Notes under the pieces: generated by a model | The model's database searches: none | The model's input: only the letters and a program-made list of their open reading frames with translations | What the model was told of the DNA's origin: nothing | Virus record (IMG/VR): IMGVR_UViG_3300019124_000103 | Coordinates: 1-64,000 of that record | Direction: 5' to 3' (one strand) | Source of the DNA: a virus | Length of the DNA: 64,000 nucleotides | Made by a program: the position numbers and the translations under genes | Shown: piece after piece, positions 8,771-16,065 of the stretch | Numbering within the stretch: position 1 is the first letter of the stretch | Layout of the letters: each line of letters starts with the position of its first letter

Positions 8771-8971
8771 ATGATTTGGGTTCTGACTGCTGGTGTTGTC
8801 GTGATTGGCTTCGAGTGCTTCGCCCTTAAGAGCGAGGTTCGCCGGCTGGAAGAGGTTGCGGCCAAGGATCGCGCGTCGGCCGAGAGATTCGCTGATGCGC
8901 TATGGGAGCGCTTGAGCCAACTTGAGGACAGGCTTCAGCGTCCAGCTAGAGGCCCGGAGGACGACCTATGA
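8771..8971 (+). CDS. Small membrane-anchored moron protein
   Basis: Hydrophobic N-terminus plus coiled coil; lies between pL and cI. Confidence 0.6.
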   Translation: MIWVLTAGVVVIGFECFALKSEVRRLEEVAAKDRASAERFADALWERLSQLEDRLQRPARGPEDDL

Positions 8972-9177
8972 GAGATCTTCTGAAGTGGGGCGCGGCTTTC
9001 GCGGCGATCCTTGTCGCAGCCGGCCTCGCGGAGGGCATGGATCGTGTGGAAAAGCTGTCCTGGTCGCTGGTCGCCTCGTGGGGGTGCTTCGCTTACTTCC
9101 AGCACCACCAAAACAAGCAGATCGCTGCCCTCCGGGATCAGCTTAATGATCTGCGCGAGCGCATGTTTAACCGCTAG
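8968..9177 (+). CDS. Small two-TM moron protein
   Basis: Two hydrophobic segments, coupled to the upstream gene. Confidence 0.6.
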   Translation: MRDLLKWGAAFAAILVAAGLAEGMDRVEKLSWSLVASWGCFAYFQHHQNKQIAALRDQLNDLRERMFNR

Positions 9178-9412
9178 TCCGCCAGCAGAGTCCGCCAACC
9201 GCTCCCCCACCGTCAAGGCCGAGTTCCGCCGCCTGAACCCCTGCCCGAGCACAGGGAAGACGCGGGGGCCTTGCCCTGGGTGGGAAGTTGAACACGCCGT
9301 GCCGCTCTGTCTGGGTGGCTCGGCTGTGGACGTGTACTCCAACCTGCGCTGGATGTCCGTCGAGGACCACAAGAAGAAGACAAGGCAGGATCGAAAACTC
9401 TGCCGCTTGTAA
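9146..9412 (+). CDS. Small HNH-like protein with putative export signal (start uncertain)
   Basis: RSPTVKAEFRRLNPCPSTGKTRGPCPGWEVEHAVPLCLGG...NLRW...H; homolog at 51873..52145. Confidence 0.7.
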   Translation: MICASACLTASPPAESANRSPTVKAEFRRLNPCPSTGKTRGPCPGWEVEHAVPLCLGGSAVDVYSNLRWMSVEDHKKKTRQDRKLCRL

Positions 9413-9418
9413 CCAGCG

Positions 9419-9434
9419 CTGTACACATGTACAG
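9419..9434. promoter_or_regulatory. LexA (SOS) box upstream of HNH endonuclease
   Basis: Perfect palindrome CTGTACACATGTACAG ending 8 bp before the ATG at 9442. Confidence 0.7.
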
Positions 9435-9441
9435 TGGGACC

Positions 9442-10152
9442 ATGGGCAAGTTTATTGACCTGACCGGTCAGCGTTTCGGAGAGCTCGTCGTCCTGTCACT
9501 TGCGCCCCTCAAGCTCAAGAATCGCCCCGCATGGTTGTGTCGTTGTGATTGCAGCATCGAAAGGGTGGTTCGGGCTGAGGACCTCCGGTCAGGAATGGCA
9601 AAGTCCTGCGGAAAGCACAAGACGGCTGTTGCCCGTGAAATAGCTTCTCAGTCGGCAAAGAGACTCCGGCTATATCAGGACCACGGTACAAGATCCAGGC
9701 TCTACACCATCTGGCGGGCCATGAAATGGCGCTGCCACGACCCCGCCCACAGCGCGTGGGCGCGCTACGGCGGGGCCGGGGTAAAGGTGTGCGCGGAGTG
9801 GCTGGTTTTTCAGCGCTTCCGTAGTTGGGCACTCTCCAGCGGGTATGAAGAGAGCCTATCGCTGGACAGAATCGACTCTGCAGGCGACTACGAGCCGGGC
9901 AACTGTAGGTGGGCCACCTCCATTGAGCAGGCGCGGAACAAGCGATCCGGAGTGCGCCCAATCACCGCGTTCGGGGAGACAAAGCTCGCTGTTGAATGGG
10001 CACAAGACCCCCGCTGCCGGACGACATACAGCACCCTGGTACAACGCATAGCGGCCGGCCACCCGCCTGAGCGGGCCATGACAGCAAGCGAGTTCGAGCT
10101 TAGGTCTCTTGCGCACAAAGGCAGGCCAAAGCCGAGGAAGAGCCAGACGTAG
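9442..10152 (+). CDS. HNH homing-type endonuclease
   Basis: IDLTGQRFGELVV, WLCRCDC, YGGAGVKVCAEW, SLDRIDSAGDYEPGNCRWAT..EQARN. Confidence 0.88.
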   Translation: MGKFIDLTGQRFGELVVLSLAPLKLKNRPAWLCRCDCSIERVVRAEDLRSGMAKSCGKHKTAVAREIASQSAKRLRLYQDHGTRSRLYTIWRAMKWRCHDPAHSAWARYGGAGVKVCAEWLVFQRFRSWALSSGYEESLSLDRIDSAGDYEPGNCRWATSIEQARNKRSGVRPITAFGETKLAVEWAQDPRCRTTYSTLVQRIAAGHPPERAMTASEFELRSLAHKGRPKPRKSQT

Positions 10153-10175
10153 GCCCGCCCCGAGCGGGCTTTTTC
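10151..10175 (+). terminator. Rho-independent terminator
   Basis: GCCCGC-cccga-GCGGGC followed by T run. Confidence 0.8.
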
Positions 10176-10272
10176 ACGCCTGCCGGCGGGCGTTACGCGG
10201 CTGTGACGCGGCCAACGCCGGGGGAGTGCGCTATTCCCACCCCCTAGCTCGTGGGATGAGCCACCCACCCGC

Positions 10273-10296
10273 TATGCTGTCTGGATACAAAAACAG
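10273..10296 (+). promoter_or_regulatory. -10 element plus LexA box of SpoIIAA-like gene A
   Basis: TATGCT (10273-10278) followed by CTGGATACAAAAACAG (10281-10296). Confidence 0.72.
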
Positions 10297-10306
10297 TGAG
10301 CGGGCG

Positions 10307-10738
10307 ATGGACGACGTACTTTGCCGGTGGCGTGGCGGAATGCTGTTGGTGCAGACAACAGGCTTGTTCGGCTTTGACGCGGCCGAACGCCTCTACGAAC
10401 GCGTTCGCCGCGAGACTGAGCGCAGAAGTGCGGTAAAGGTCTTGATCGATCTGCGCCGCGCCGTCCTATTGTTCGGTCCGGAGGACGGGGGCGAGCTAGC
10501 GCGGCTGGAGCCAGCTCTTGATGTTGCCATCGGCTTCTTGATCGATCCAGCTCACAAGTCGGTCATGGACCGATATCTAGAGCAAAGCGTGAACAGCGGG
10601 CGCACGCGCCTTGTCTTCACACGGCTTTCGCGTCAGTTGGAGTGCTGGATTGGGGGCGCGTTGCCGGAGGTGCGTCCTCTTCCTCGGTTTGAACCGGCTG
10701 CCCCTCGGCCTCCCGGTACGCCAAGCGCGTGCACATAG
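10307..10738 (+). CDS. SpoIIAA/STAS-SEC14-like protein, candidate SOS-inducible antirepressor A
   Basis: RGGMLLVQTTG.F...KVLIDLRR...GRTRLVFT...WIGG; homolog at 52322..52750; 3' end overlaps cI. Confidence 0.7.
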   Translation: MDDVLCRWRGGMLLVQTTGLFGFDAAERLYERVRRETERRSAVKVLIDLRRAVLLFGPEDGGELARLEPALDVAIGFLIDPAHKSVMDRYLEQSVNSGRTRLVFTRLSRQLECWIGGALPEVRPLPRFEPAAPRPPGTPSACT

Positions 10739-11042
10739 AGATCGCAAGGTTGCGCTCCCTCTCGTCCTCGATTGCCGCAAGCCCGCGCGCAATGTCCATG
10801 ATCGCTGCGGGTATCTGAGCGTACTCCTGCGCCGGGTGCAGGAGCTGCCACGTCTCCACACCGCACGCCGCCGCAAGTTCCTCCAGGAAGTCGAGTCGGG
10901 GCGCGTGTAACCCCTTCGTTGCCCTCTCGACGGCCTTCACATCCAGCTTCTTGCTCGTCGCCCAGGCGTGACGAGACATCCCCGATCTTCTGATGATCGC
11001 GGATAGGTTCTGCGCAAGGACTGTCCGGGCGAGTTTGTCCAC
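10617..11042 (-). CDS. cI: Phage repressor A (XRE HTH, no S24 peptidase domain; start uncertain)
   Basis: LAQNLSAII...HAPRLDFLEELAAACGVETWQLL HTH, divergent from cro across operators. Confidence 0.82.
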   Translation of the reverse strand: MDKLARTVLAQNLSAIIRRSGMSRHAWATSKKLDVKAVERATKGLHAPRLDFLEELAAACGVETWQLLHPAQEYAQIPAAIMDIARGLAAIEDERERNLAISMCTRLAYREAEGQPVQTEEEDAPPATRPQSSTPTDAKAV

Positions 11043-11066
11043 AAGTGGATTATTCCCGACCACGCA

Positions 11067-11125
11067 GGTCAACATTGTCCAAGTAGAGCTAGGCAACATG
11101 GCGGTTTTGTCGGACACTAATGTCC
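11067..11125. promoter_or_regulatory. oR operators of unit A
   Basis: GGTCAACATTGTCC (11067) and GGACACTAATGTCC (11112) match the oL motif. Confidence 0.7.
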
Positions 11126-11422
11126 ATGAAACTGCTGGACGACCTTATCCAACGACTCGCGGGCGCTGAGAGCCTGGAGGCGGTCGCTCGGGAAGCGCAG
11201 GTGTCCGAGCGGACTTTGCGGCGCATCCGGGACCGTGAAAACAGCCCGCGGCTTGAAACCGTCCAAAAAGTTCTTGCCGCCCTCGACAAGGTGGGGCGAG
11301 CAAGAAGGGCAAAGCCGGCCGCCGAGCGCCGCGAAATCCCCGAGGTTGGCGCCGAAGCGCGTCATACGGCCCTCGGTGACGTGGTAATCGACCGGCGCTC
11401 CAAGCGCGACGGCCCCCGCTGA
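11120..11422 (+). CDS. cro: Cro-like HTH protein A
   Basis: LEAVAREAQVSERTLRRIRD...PRLETVQKV HTH, divergent from cI. Confidence 0.8.
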   Translation: MSMKLLDDLIQRLAGAESLEAVAREAQVSERTLRRIRDRENSPRLETVQKVLAALDKVGRARRAKPAAERREIPEVGAEARHTALGDVVIDRRSKRDGPR

Positions 11423-11444
11423 TTTCTCAACACAGGAGCGAACC

Positions 11445-11636
11445 ATGCGCGACCTGAACGCCCTTGATCCTCTGCCGAAGCTCGGTGCCAAGGTGGAACC
11501 GCTGAACGACAAGCCGCTGACCGAACGCCAGAAGCAAGCGGTTCGCACATACGTTTTTGAGCGGTCGCGCTGGTACGACATCGCGCTGTTGCAAGAAACC
11601 TTCGCCCGCCAGTACCCCGAACTGGCCGGCAAGTAA
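11445..11636 (+). CDS. Hypothetical protein
   Basis: AGGAG RBS; near-identical to 53958..54143. Confidence 0.7.
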   Translation: MRDLNALDPLPKLGAKVEPLNDKPLTERQKQAVRTYVFERSRWYDIALLQETFARQYPELAGK

Positions 11637-11644
11637 CCGTCAAC

Positions 11645-11802
11645 GCCCGAGCCATGCAACTCAACCCCGTTGCTGGGAAGTTCAGTGAGTCGCGCGCTGT
11701 GGAGGCGGGCTCGGGCACCTTTTTCACCACGCGCCGGCAGTCGATGCTGGTCCGCTCCCCCTCCTACCGTCCTCCCTGCTTCGGGCCGGCTGGGGCGCGT
11801 GG
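11645..11802 (+). ncRNA. Candidate structured RNA element upstream of cII-like gene A
   Basis: Two closing stems GCCCGAGCC/GGCTCGGGC and CCACGCGCC/GGCGCGTGG conserved in unit B with variable interior. Confidence 0.45.
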
Positions 11803-11834
11803 GTCCTTCATTCATTGACCAAGGAGAAGTCCTC

Positions 11835-12173
11835 ATGCGCCAAATGATCCCCGCAACCGTCCCGCAACGCGAGGCAACCACACGAAGTGTCTCGACAGAG
11901 ACGCACTTTGCGGAGCCCGTCTTGGTGGATCGGTCCTCATTTGAGGGCGCCATGCGCTACGCCGTCCAACGCTGCGAGCTGGATCAATACGAGATCGCCG
12001 ACGAAATGGGCTGCTCTCACGGGCAAATGTCCAAGGTGATGAAGGGCACGGGCGGTTTCTATGGACATCGCTTTGTCGAGTTCATGAAGACCACCAAAAG
12101 CCTCGCGCCCCTGCAGTGGTACGCCGCTCAGATGGGTTGCGTCGTGGTCCCTAGGCAAATGTTGGGCCAATGA
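11835..12173 (+). CDS. CII-like HTH regulator A
   Basis: QYEIADEMGCSHGQMSKVMKG HTH...PLQWYAAQMG; AAGGAG RBS; cII position. Confidence 0.65.
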   Translation: MRQMIPATVPQREATTRSVSTETHFAEPVLVDRSSFEGAMRYAVQRCELDQYEIADEMGCSHGQMSKVMKGTGGFYGHRFVEFMKTTKSLAPLQWYAAQMGCVVVPRQMLGQ

Positions 12174-12349
12174 GTCGCGCGCCGGGTAGGGAGGAAAGCT
12201 GTGATGGAAAACAGAGATTCGACACACAAGCGCTTGCCCGGCGCATGGCTGAACGGCTCAACCGCAAAGGTGGACGTGTTCACGTTTACCGCTGCGTGCT
12301 TTGCGCTGGCTTTCATTTGGGCAGCGTCGGAAAGGTGAGGAAACCATGA
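12170..12349 (+). CDS. Small Zn-finger protein (59 aa, below ORF-track cutoff)
   Basis: CDGKQRF...YRCVLCAGFHLG; ATGA couplings; copy at 54701..54880. Confidence 0.7.
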   Translation: MSRAPGREESCDGKQRFDTQALARRMAERLNRKGGRVHVYRCVLCAGFHLGSVGKVRKP

Positions 12350-12753
12350 GCGTCTGGCGCCCGATCCTCACCAACTTGCACGAGCTGGGCCGCCCGGCCC
12401 CTCTGCGGGATTGGGACGACTTCCGCTTCTCGGCAACGTCCGTGAAAGCTGCTGTCGAGGATCTGTTGCGCCTCGGCCTGATCCAGCGTGACGGCTTGAT
12501 CGGCAAGCACGTGGTCTACCGCATCACGTCGCTGGGCACTCAGTTCTGCCAGGGCCGCGTGATCGCAGTTCGTGGCCGCAAACACGACCCGCTGTGGAGG
12601 AAGTACCTCAACAGCAACCACAAGACCCGCCAGCGTGCCAAGGCGTTCCAGAGCGGGAACCTGAAGACGCACTTTTGTGCGACGTGGCTGGCTGCGCTGC
12701 CCACAACGTATCCACAGCATTTCCCCGCTGTGTTCTCTTCCGCCCTCGCTTAG
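12346..12753 (+). CDS. Winged-helix-like hypothetical protein
   Basis: VEDLLRLGLI...YRITSLG; identical copy at 54877..55284. Confidence 0.7.
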   Translation: MSVWRPILTNLHELGRPAPLRDWDDFRFSATSVKAAVEDLLRLGLIQRDGLIGKHVVYRITSLGTQFCQGRVIAVRGRKHDPLWRKYLNSNHKTRQRAKAFQSGNLKTHFCATWLAALPTTYPQHFPAVFSSALA

Positions 12754-12770
12754 GCCGGCTGACCATAGCC

Positions 12771-12890
12771 ATGTCTAAGCAAGCCCTCTACGTACTCATG
12801 AAGAACGAGTTCTTGAATCAGAACCCGAACGCGACGCCGGAACAGATCGAGGCGTTCTGTAAAGAACTGGCTAAGGAGTTGGGCCTGTGA
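12771..12890 (+). CDS. Small hypothetical protein
   Basis: NPNATPEQIEAFCKELAKELGL; copy at 55302..55421. Confidence 0.65.
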   Translation: MSKQALYVLMKNEFLNQNPNATPEQIEAFCKELAKELGL

Positions 12891-12902
12891 GGGACTACGG
12901 CA

Positions 12903-13163
12903 ATGCCTAACGGCTCTGGTGTTCCGACTTCGATGCGACGCCGCGTTTTCCGCGAAGGCGGATTCAAGTGCGCCGTCTGTGGGGTGGTTGGATTTGAGCG
13001 CCGCTTCCCAAAGGGTGGCTATGGCTACTACACATACACGCAAGGGCTGTACCTGAGCATCGATCACATTGTCCCGAAGTCGAAGGGGGGCACGCACGAG
13101 CGGTCGAACTTGCGTGTGCTGTGCACGGACTGCAACACAAAGAGGGGGACAAAAGATGCGTGA
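12903..13163 (+). CDS. HNH endonuclease (McrA-like small)
   Basis: CAVCG...IDHIVPKSKGG...NLRVLCTDCN. Confidence 0.88.
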   Translation: MPNGSGVPTSMRRRVFREGGFKCAVCGVVGFERRFPKGGYGYYTYTQGLYLSIDHIVPKSKGGTHERSNLRVLCTDCNTKRGTKDA

Positions 13164-13926
13164 TTACGGCGCCGTGTCACCGCGCTTTTGGATCGGCGAC
13201 ACAGGGAAGCAGCTTCGCGGCCACCCTGAGGCCCAGGTGCTGGCTCTGTACCTGATGACCAGCCCGCACTCCACGATGACCGGCGTTTTCCATTGTCCGG
13301 TTCTCTACATGGCGCACGAGACGGGGCTTGGAATGGAAGGGGCTCAGAAGGCCCTCCGAAGGCTCTTGGAAGCGGGGTTCTGCGAGTACGACAGCGCCTC
13401 CGAAGAGGTGTTTGTTGTGCGGATGGCTGCGTATCAGGTGGGTGAGTCGTTGAAGCTGAACGACAACCGGGTTTCTGGCCTCAGGCGCGATGTTGAAAAG
13501 ATGGCTTCCGCACCTCTGAAAAAGCGGTTCTTGGAGGTGTACGGCGAGGCGTTCCACTTGGTTGAAAAAGCAGGGGGCTCCGAAGCCCCTTCCAAGCCCC
13601 TCCGAAGCCAGGAACAGGAACAGGAACAGAAACAGGATAAGAAGGCGCCTCGGGCCTTGCCCTCCGCACTCACCGTCGATGACCTCAAGGCCGAAGGCGT
13701 CAGCGAAGAGGCTGCATCCGCCTTCCTGGCGATTCGGAAGCGAAAGAGGGCGCCGCTGTCCCAGCTCGCATGGGCCGGGATCAAGCGCGAAGCCGGGAAG
13801 GCAGGGTGGGGCCTTGATGCCGCTGTGCGGAAGGCTGCCGAACGTGGGTGGCAGTCGTTCGAGGCCGAGTGGGTTCGCAACGAACCTCCAACGGACAGCG
13901 GCAGCCAATGGGCGGGGGCGATATGA
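13156..13926 (+). CDS. Replication initiator (O-like) A
   Basis: MRDYGAVSPRFW...LALYLMT, QEQEQEQ linker, C-terminal RKRKRAPL...RGWQSF domain. Confidence 0.8.
   Translation: MRDYGAVSPRFWIGDTGKQLRGHPEAQVLALYLMTSPHSTMTGVFHCPVLYMAHETGLGMEGAQKALRRLLEAGFCEYDSASEEVFVVRMAAYQVGESLKLNDNRVSGLRRDVEKMASAPLKKRFLEVYGEAFHLVEKAGGSEAPSKPLRSQEQEQEQKQDKKAPRALPSALTVDDLKAEGVSEEAASAFLAIRKRKRAPLSQLAWAGIKREAGKAGWGLDAAVRKAAERGWQSFEAEWVRNEPPTDSGSQWAGAI
13581..13610. repeat. Putative origin iterons A (AAGCCCCT-type)
   Basis: cgAAGCCCCTtccAAGCCCCTccgAAGCC inside the initiator gene; related inverted/variant copies near 13335-13372. Confidence 0.55.
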
Positions 13927-14261
13927 AGGGCCACGAACCGCTTTTCGCCATGCGCCTGCAGGGCTGGGCTCCCAAGGACGTTCACATCGACACCAGCCCG
14001 TCGAAGCTCTGGCGCGAATGGCAGGTGTGGAGCCCGGACCACGCACACCTCGTCGTGGAGCCGTCCGATTCGGTTCGCCTGCTTGACCTTCGCTGCGTTG
14101 TCGGCCTGCTGGTCTTCGTCAACGGCACCAGCCATGAGCGAGTGGCCGAGGTGATCGAGGCGGCGAAGAAGGCCGGCGCTCGCCGGGTGGTCGGGTTCGT
14201 CCATCCCGGACGACTCCCCGAGGAAATCCAGATTCTCGACACCGAAGGGGCGCTGCAATGA
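13923..14261 (+). CDS. Hypothetical protein between initiator and helicase
   Basis: ATGA coupling; near-identical to 56176..56514. Confidence 0.7.
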   Translation: MKGHEPLFAMRLQGWAPKDVHIDTSPSKLWREWQVWSPDHAHLVVEPSDSVRLLDLRCVVGLLVFVNGTSHERVAEVIEAAKKAGARRVVGFVHPGRLPEEIQILDTEGALQ

Positions 14262-15211
14262 ACATCATCACCCCGGACACCATCGATTTCTCGCTGTACC
14301 TGCGAGAGACGGAAGCGGCCCAGAAGGTGCGCGCGGCGAGCGATTACGTTCAAGACCTGATCGCATCCCTCGGGAAGAAGCGCCAGGAGCCGCGTTCTTA
14401 CCTGCCGTGGGACAAGACCCACAAGCTGTTCCAGCTCCGACCGGGAGAAGTGACCTTGTGGGCGGGCGTCAACGGCCACGGCAAGAGTTTGGTGACGGGT
14501 CAGGTGGCAGCGAGCCTTGTGACCCAATCCGAGCGGGTCTGCATCGCCAGCTTCGAGATGAAGCCTAAGAAGACCCTGGAGCGGATGGTGCGCCAGTGGG
14601 GCGGCGATGCCCCTGAGGAGGAATGGGACGGCGCAGACCTGTCGGGTTACCGGGACGTTTACGAGCAGTTCGGCGCCTGGACGACAGACAAGCTCTGGCT
14701 CTATGACCAACAGGGCACGGTCAACACCGACACGGTGATCGCCGTCATCCGCTACTGCGCGAAAGAACTCGGCATCAAGCATTTCTTCCTCGATAGCTTG
14801 ATGAAGTGCGTGAAGGGCGAGGACGACTACAACGGGCAGAAAGCCCTGGTCGATGAGCTGACCGCCATCGCTCGGGACTACGCGATGCACGTCCATCTGA
14901 TCCATCACCTGCGGAAGCTGGAGACGGAAGGAAAGATGCCCGACAAGTCCGACATCAAGGGCACCGGGGCCATCACCGATCAGGTGGACAACGTGATGTT
15001 GGTGTGGCGGAACAAGCAAAAAGAGCTTGAGCTTCAAAAGCCCAACAACAAGGTGCAGGACACAGAGCCCGACGCGGCGCTTCTGTGCCGGAAACAGCGC
15101 AACGGCGAGTGGGAAGGGACCGTGCAACTGTGGTTCCACAAGGACTCCCAGCAGTTCGTGGAGAGCCCGCACGCCGATTCAATGACCCTCTACAACTGGC
15201 CGCACCGATGA
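14258..15211 (+). CDS. DnaB/T7 gp4-like SF4 helicase
   Basis: Walker A GVNGHGKS, SFEM, FLDSL, HHLRK, DIKGTGAITD, KQRNG. Confidence 0.92.
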   Translation: MNIITPDTIDFSLYLRETEAAQKVRAASDYVQDLIASLGKKRQEPRSYLPWDKTHKLFQLRPGEVTLWAGVNGHGKSLVTGQVAASLVTQSERVCIASFEMKPKKTLERMVRQWGGDAPEEEWDGADLSGYRDVYEQFGAWTTDKLWLYDQQGTVNTDTVIAVIRYCAKELGIKHFFLDSLMKCVKGEDDYNGQKALVDELTAIARDYAMHVHLIHHLRKLETEGKMPDKSDIKGTGAITDQVDNVMLVWRNKQKELELQKPNNKVQDTEPDAALLCRKQRNGEWEGTVQLWFHKDSQQFVESPHADSMTLYNWPHR

Positions 15212-15564
15212 GCCGCCGAATCCGCATCCTCGCCTTGCTGAAAGAGCACGGCCCGATGACCGCCCGAGAGATCGCCGAGGAACTGGACATTCCCGATGTG
15301 TGCGCCGTCCGCGCGGCGCTGGCCTACATACCCGGGGGTGGCCCGAAGGACTATCACATCGCCGGGTATCGGAGGGACAACGATGGCGGACGCTTGTACC
15401 CCCGCGCGCTCTACGCTGCCGGGCCTGGTGAGGATGCGAAGAAGCTCAAGCCCCTTAGCAGTGCCGAGTGTCAGCGGCGGTGGAAAAAAGTCCGAGTCCA
15501 CAAGGCCGCCTCGGTGTTTGAGTTCGCGGCCAAGGTGCAGAAGTACCACGGAGACAGAGCATGA
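15208..15564 (+). CDS. HTH hypothetical protein
   Basis: ILALLKEHGPMTAREIAEEL. Confidence 0.7.
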   Translation: MSRRIRILALLKEHGPMTAREIAEELDIPDVCAVRAALAYIPGGGPKDYHIAGYRRDNDGGRLYPRALYAAGPGEDAKKLKPLSSAECQRRWKKVRVHKAASVFEFAAKVQKYHGDRA

Positions 15565-15734
15565 GCCTTCTTCCAAAAGAAGTTCACGAGCAGCGTAAGG
15601 CGTACTGCCAAGACGCGAAACCGCACGCGATGGCCGACCTTAAGGCCGGGGTGAGCGTAGGCCAGGTGGCGATGAAGTACGGGATCAACCGGGGAACGAT
15701 TCGCCGGTGGAAACGCGAACTGGACGCGTCATGA
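15561..15734 (+). CDS. Small HTH protein (57 aa)
   Basis: Manual translation GVSVGQVAMKYGINRGTIRRWKRE; ATGA couplings. Confidence 0.65.
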   Translation: MSLLPKEVHEQRKAYCQDAKPHAMADLKAGVSVGQVAMKYGINRGTIRRWKRELDAS

Positions 15735-15829
15735 GCCGCTTCCTCAAAACCGTCATGTGGTGCCTGTTCGCCTGGGGCGTTCTCGCCTGGGCGGTGATTG
15801 AGGCGGTGGAACTCGTGGTGATCGCATGA
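15731..15829 (+). CDS. 32-aa hydrophobic peptide
   Basis: MSRFLKTVMWCLFAWGVLAWAVIEAVELVVIA; copy at 58209..58307. Confidence 0.6.
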   Translation: MSRFLKTVMWCLFAWGVLAWAVIEAVELVVIA

Positions 15830-16065
15830 CCATTTGCGACGCCTGCCACGAATGGGAAGCCAAGGGGTATCACGGCTTCGACCCGACGTGCAGCGAGTGC
15901 CAGGTGAGGGAGATCGCCTCGGGACCGCTGTTCTTTGAGGCGCAGAAGGCAAAGCGAATCACGGCGGACTATGAGCAGCACATGCGCAAGAAGTACGGAG
16001 CCAAGTGGGAAGAAGCGCACAAGGCGGTGAAGGTGATGTATCGGCGGATTAAGGAACGGAAGTGA
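15826..16065 (+). CDS. Zn-binding hypothetical protein
   Basis: CDAC...CSEC; ends shared with 58304..58549. Confidence 0.7.
   Translation: MTICDACHEWEAKGYHGFDPTCSECQVREIASGPLFFEAQKAKRITADYEQHMRKKYGAKWEEAHKAVKVMYRRIKERK

Noticed and set aside
13609-13640. GGAACA tandem repeat as a contingency locus or CRISPR
   Set aside because: In-frame QEQEQE linker of equal length in both initiators; no repeat-spacer structure anywhere in the window
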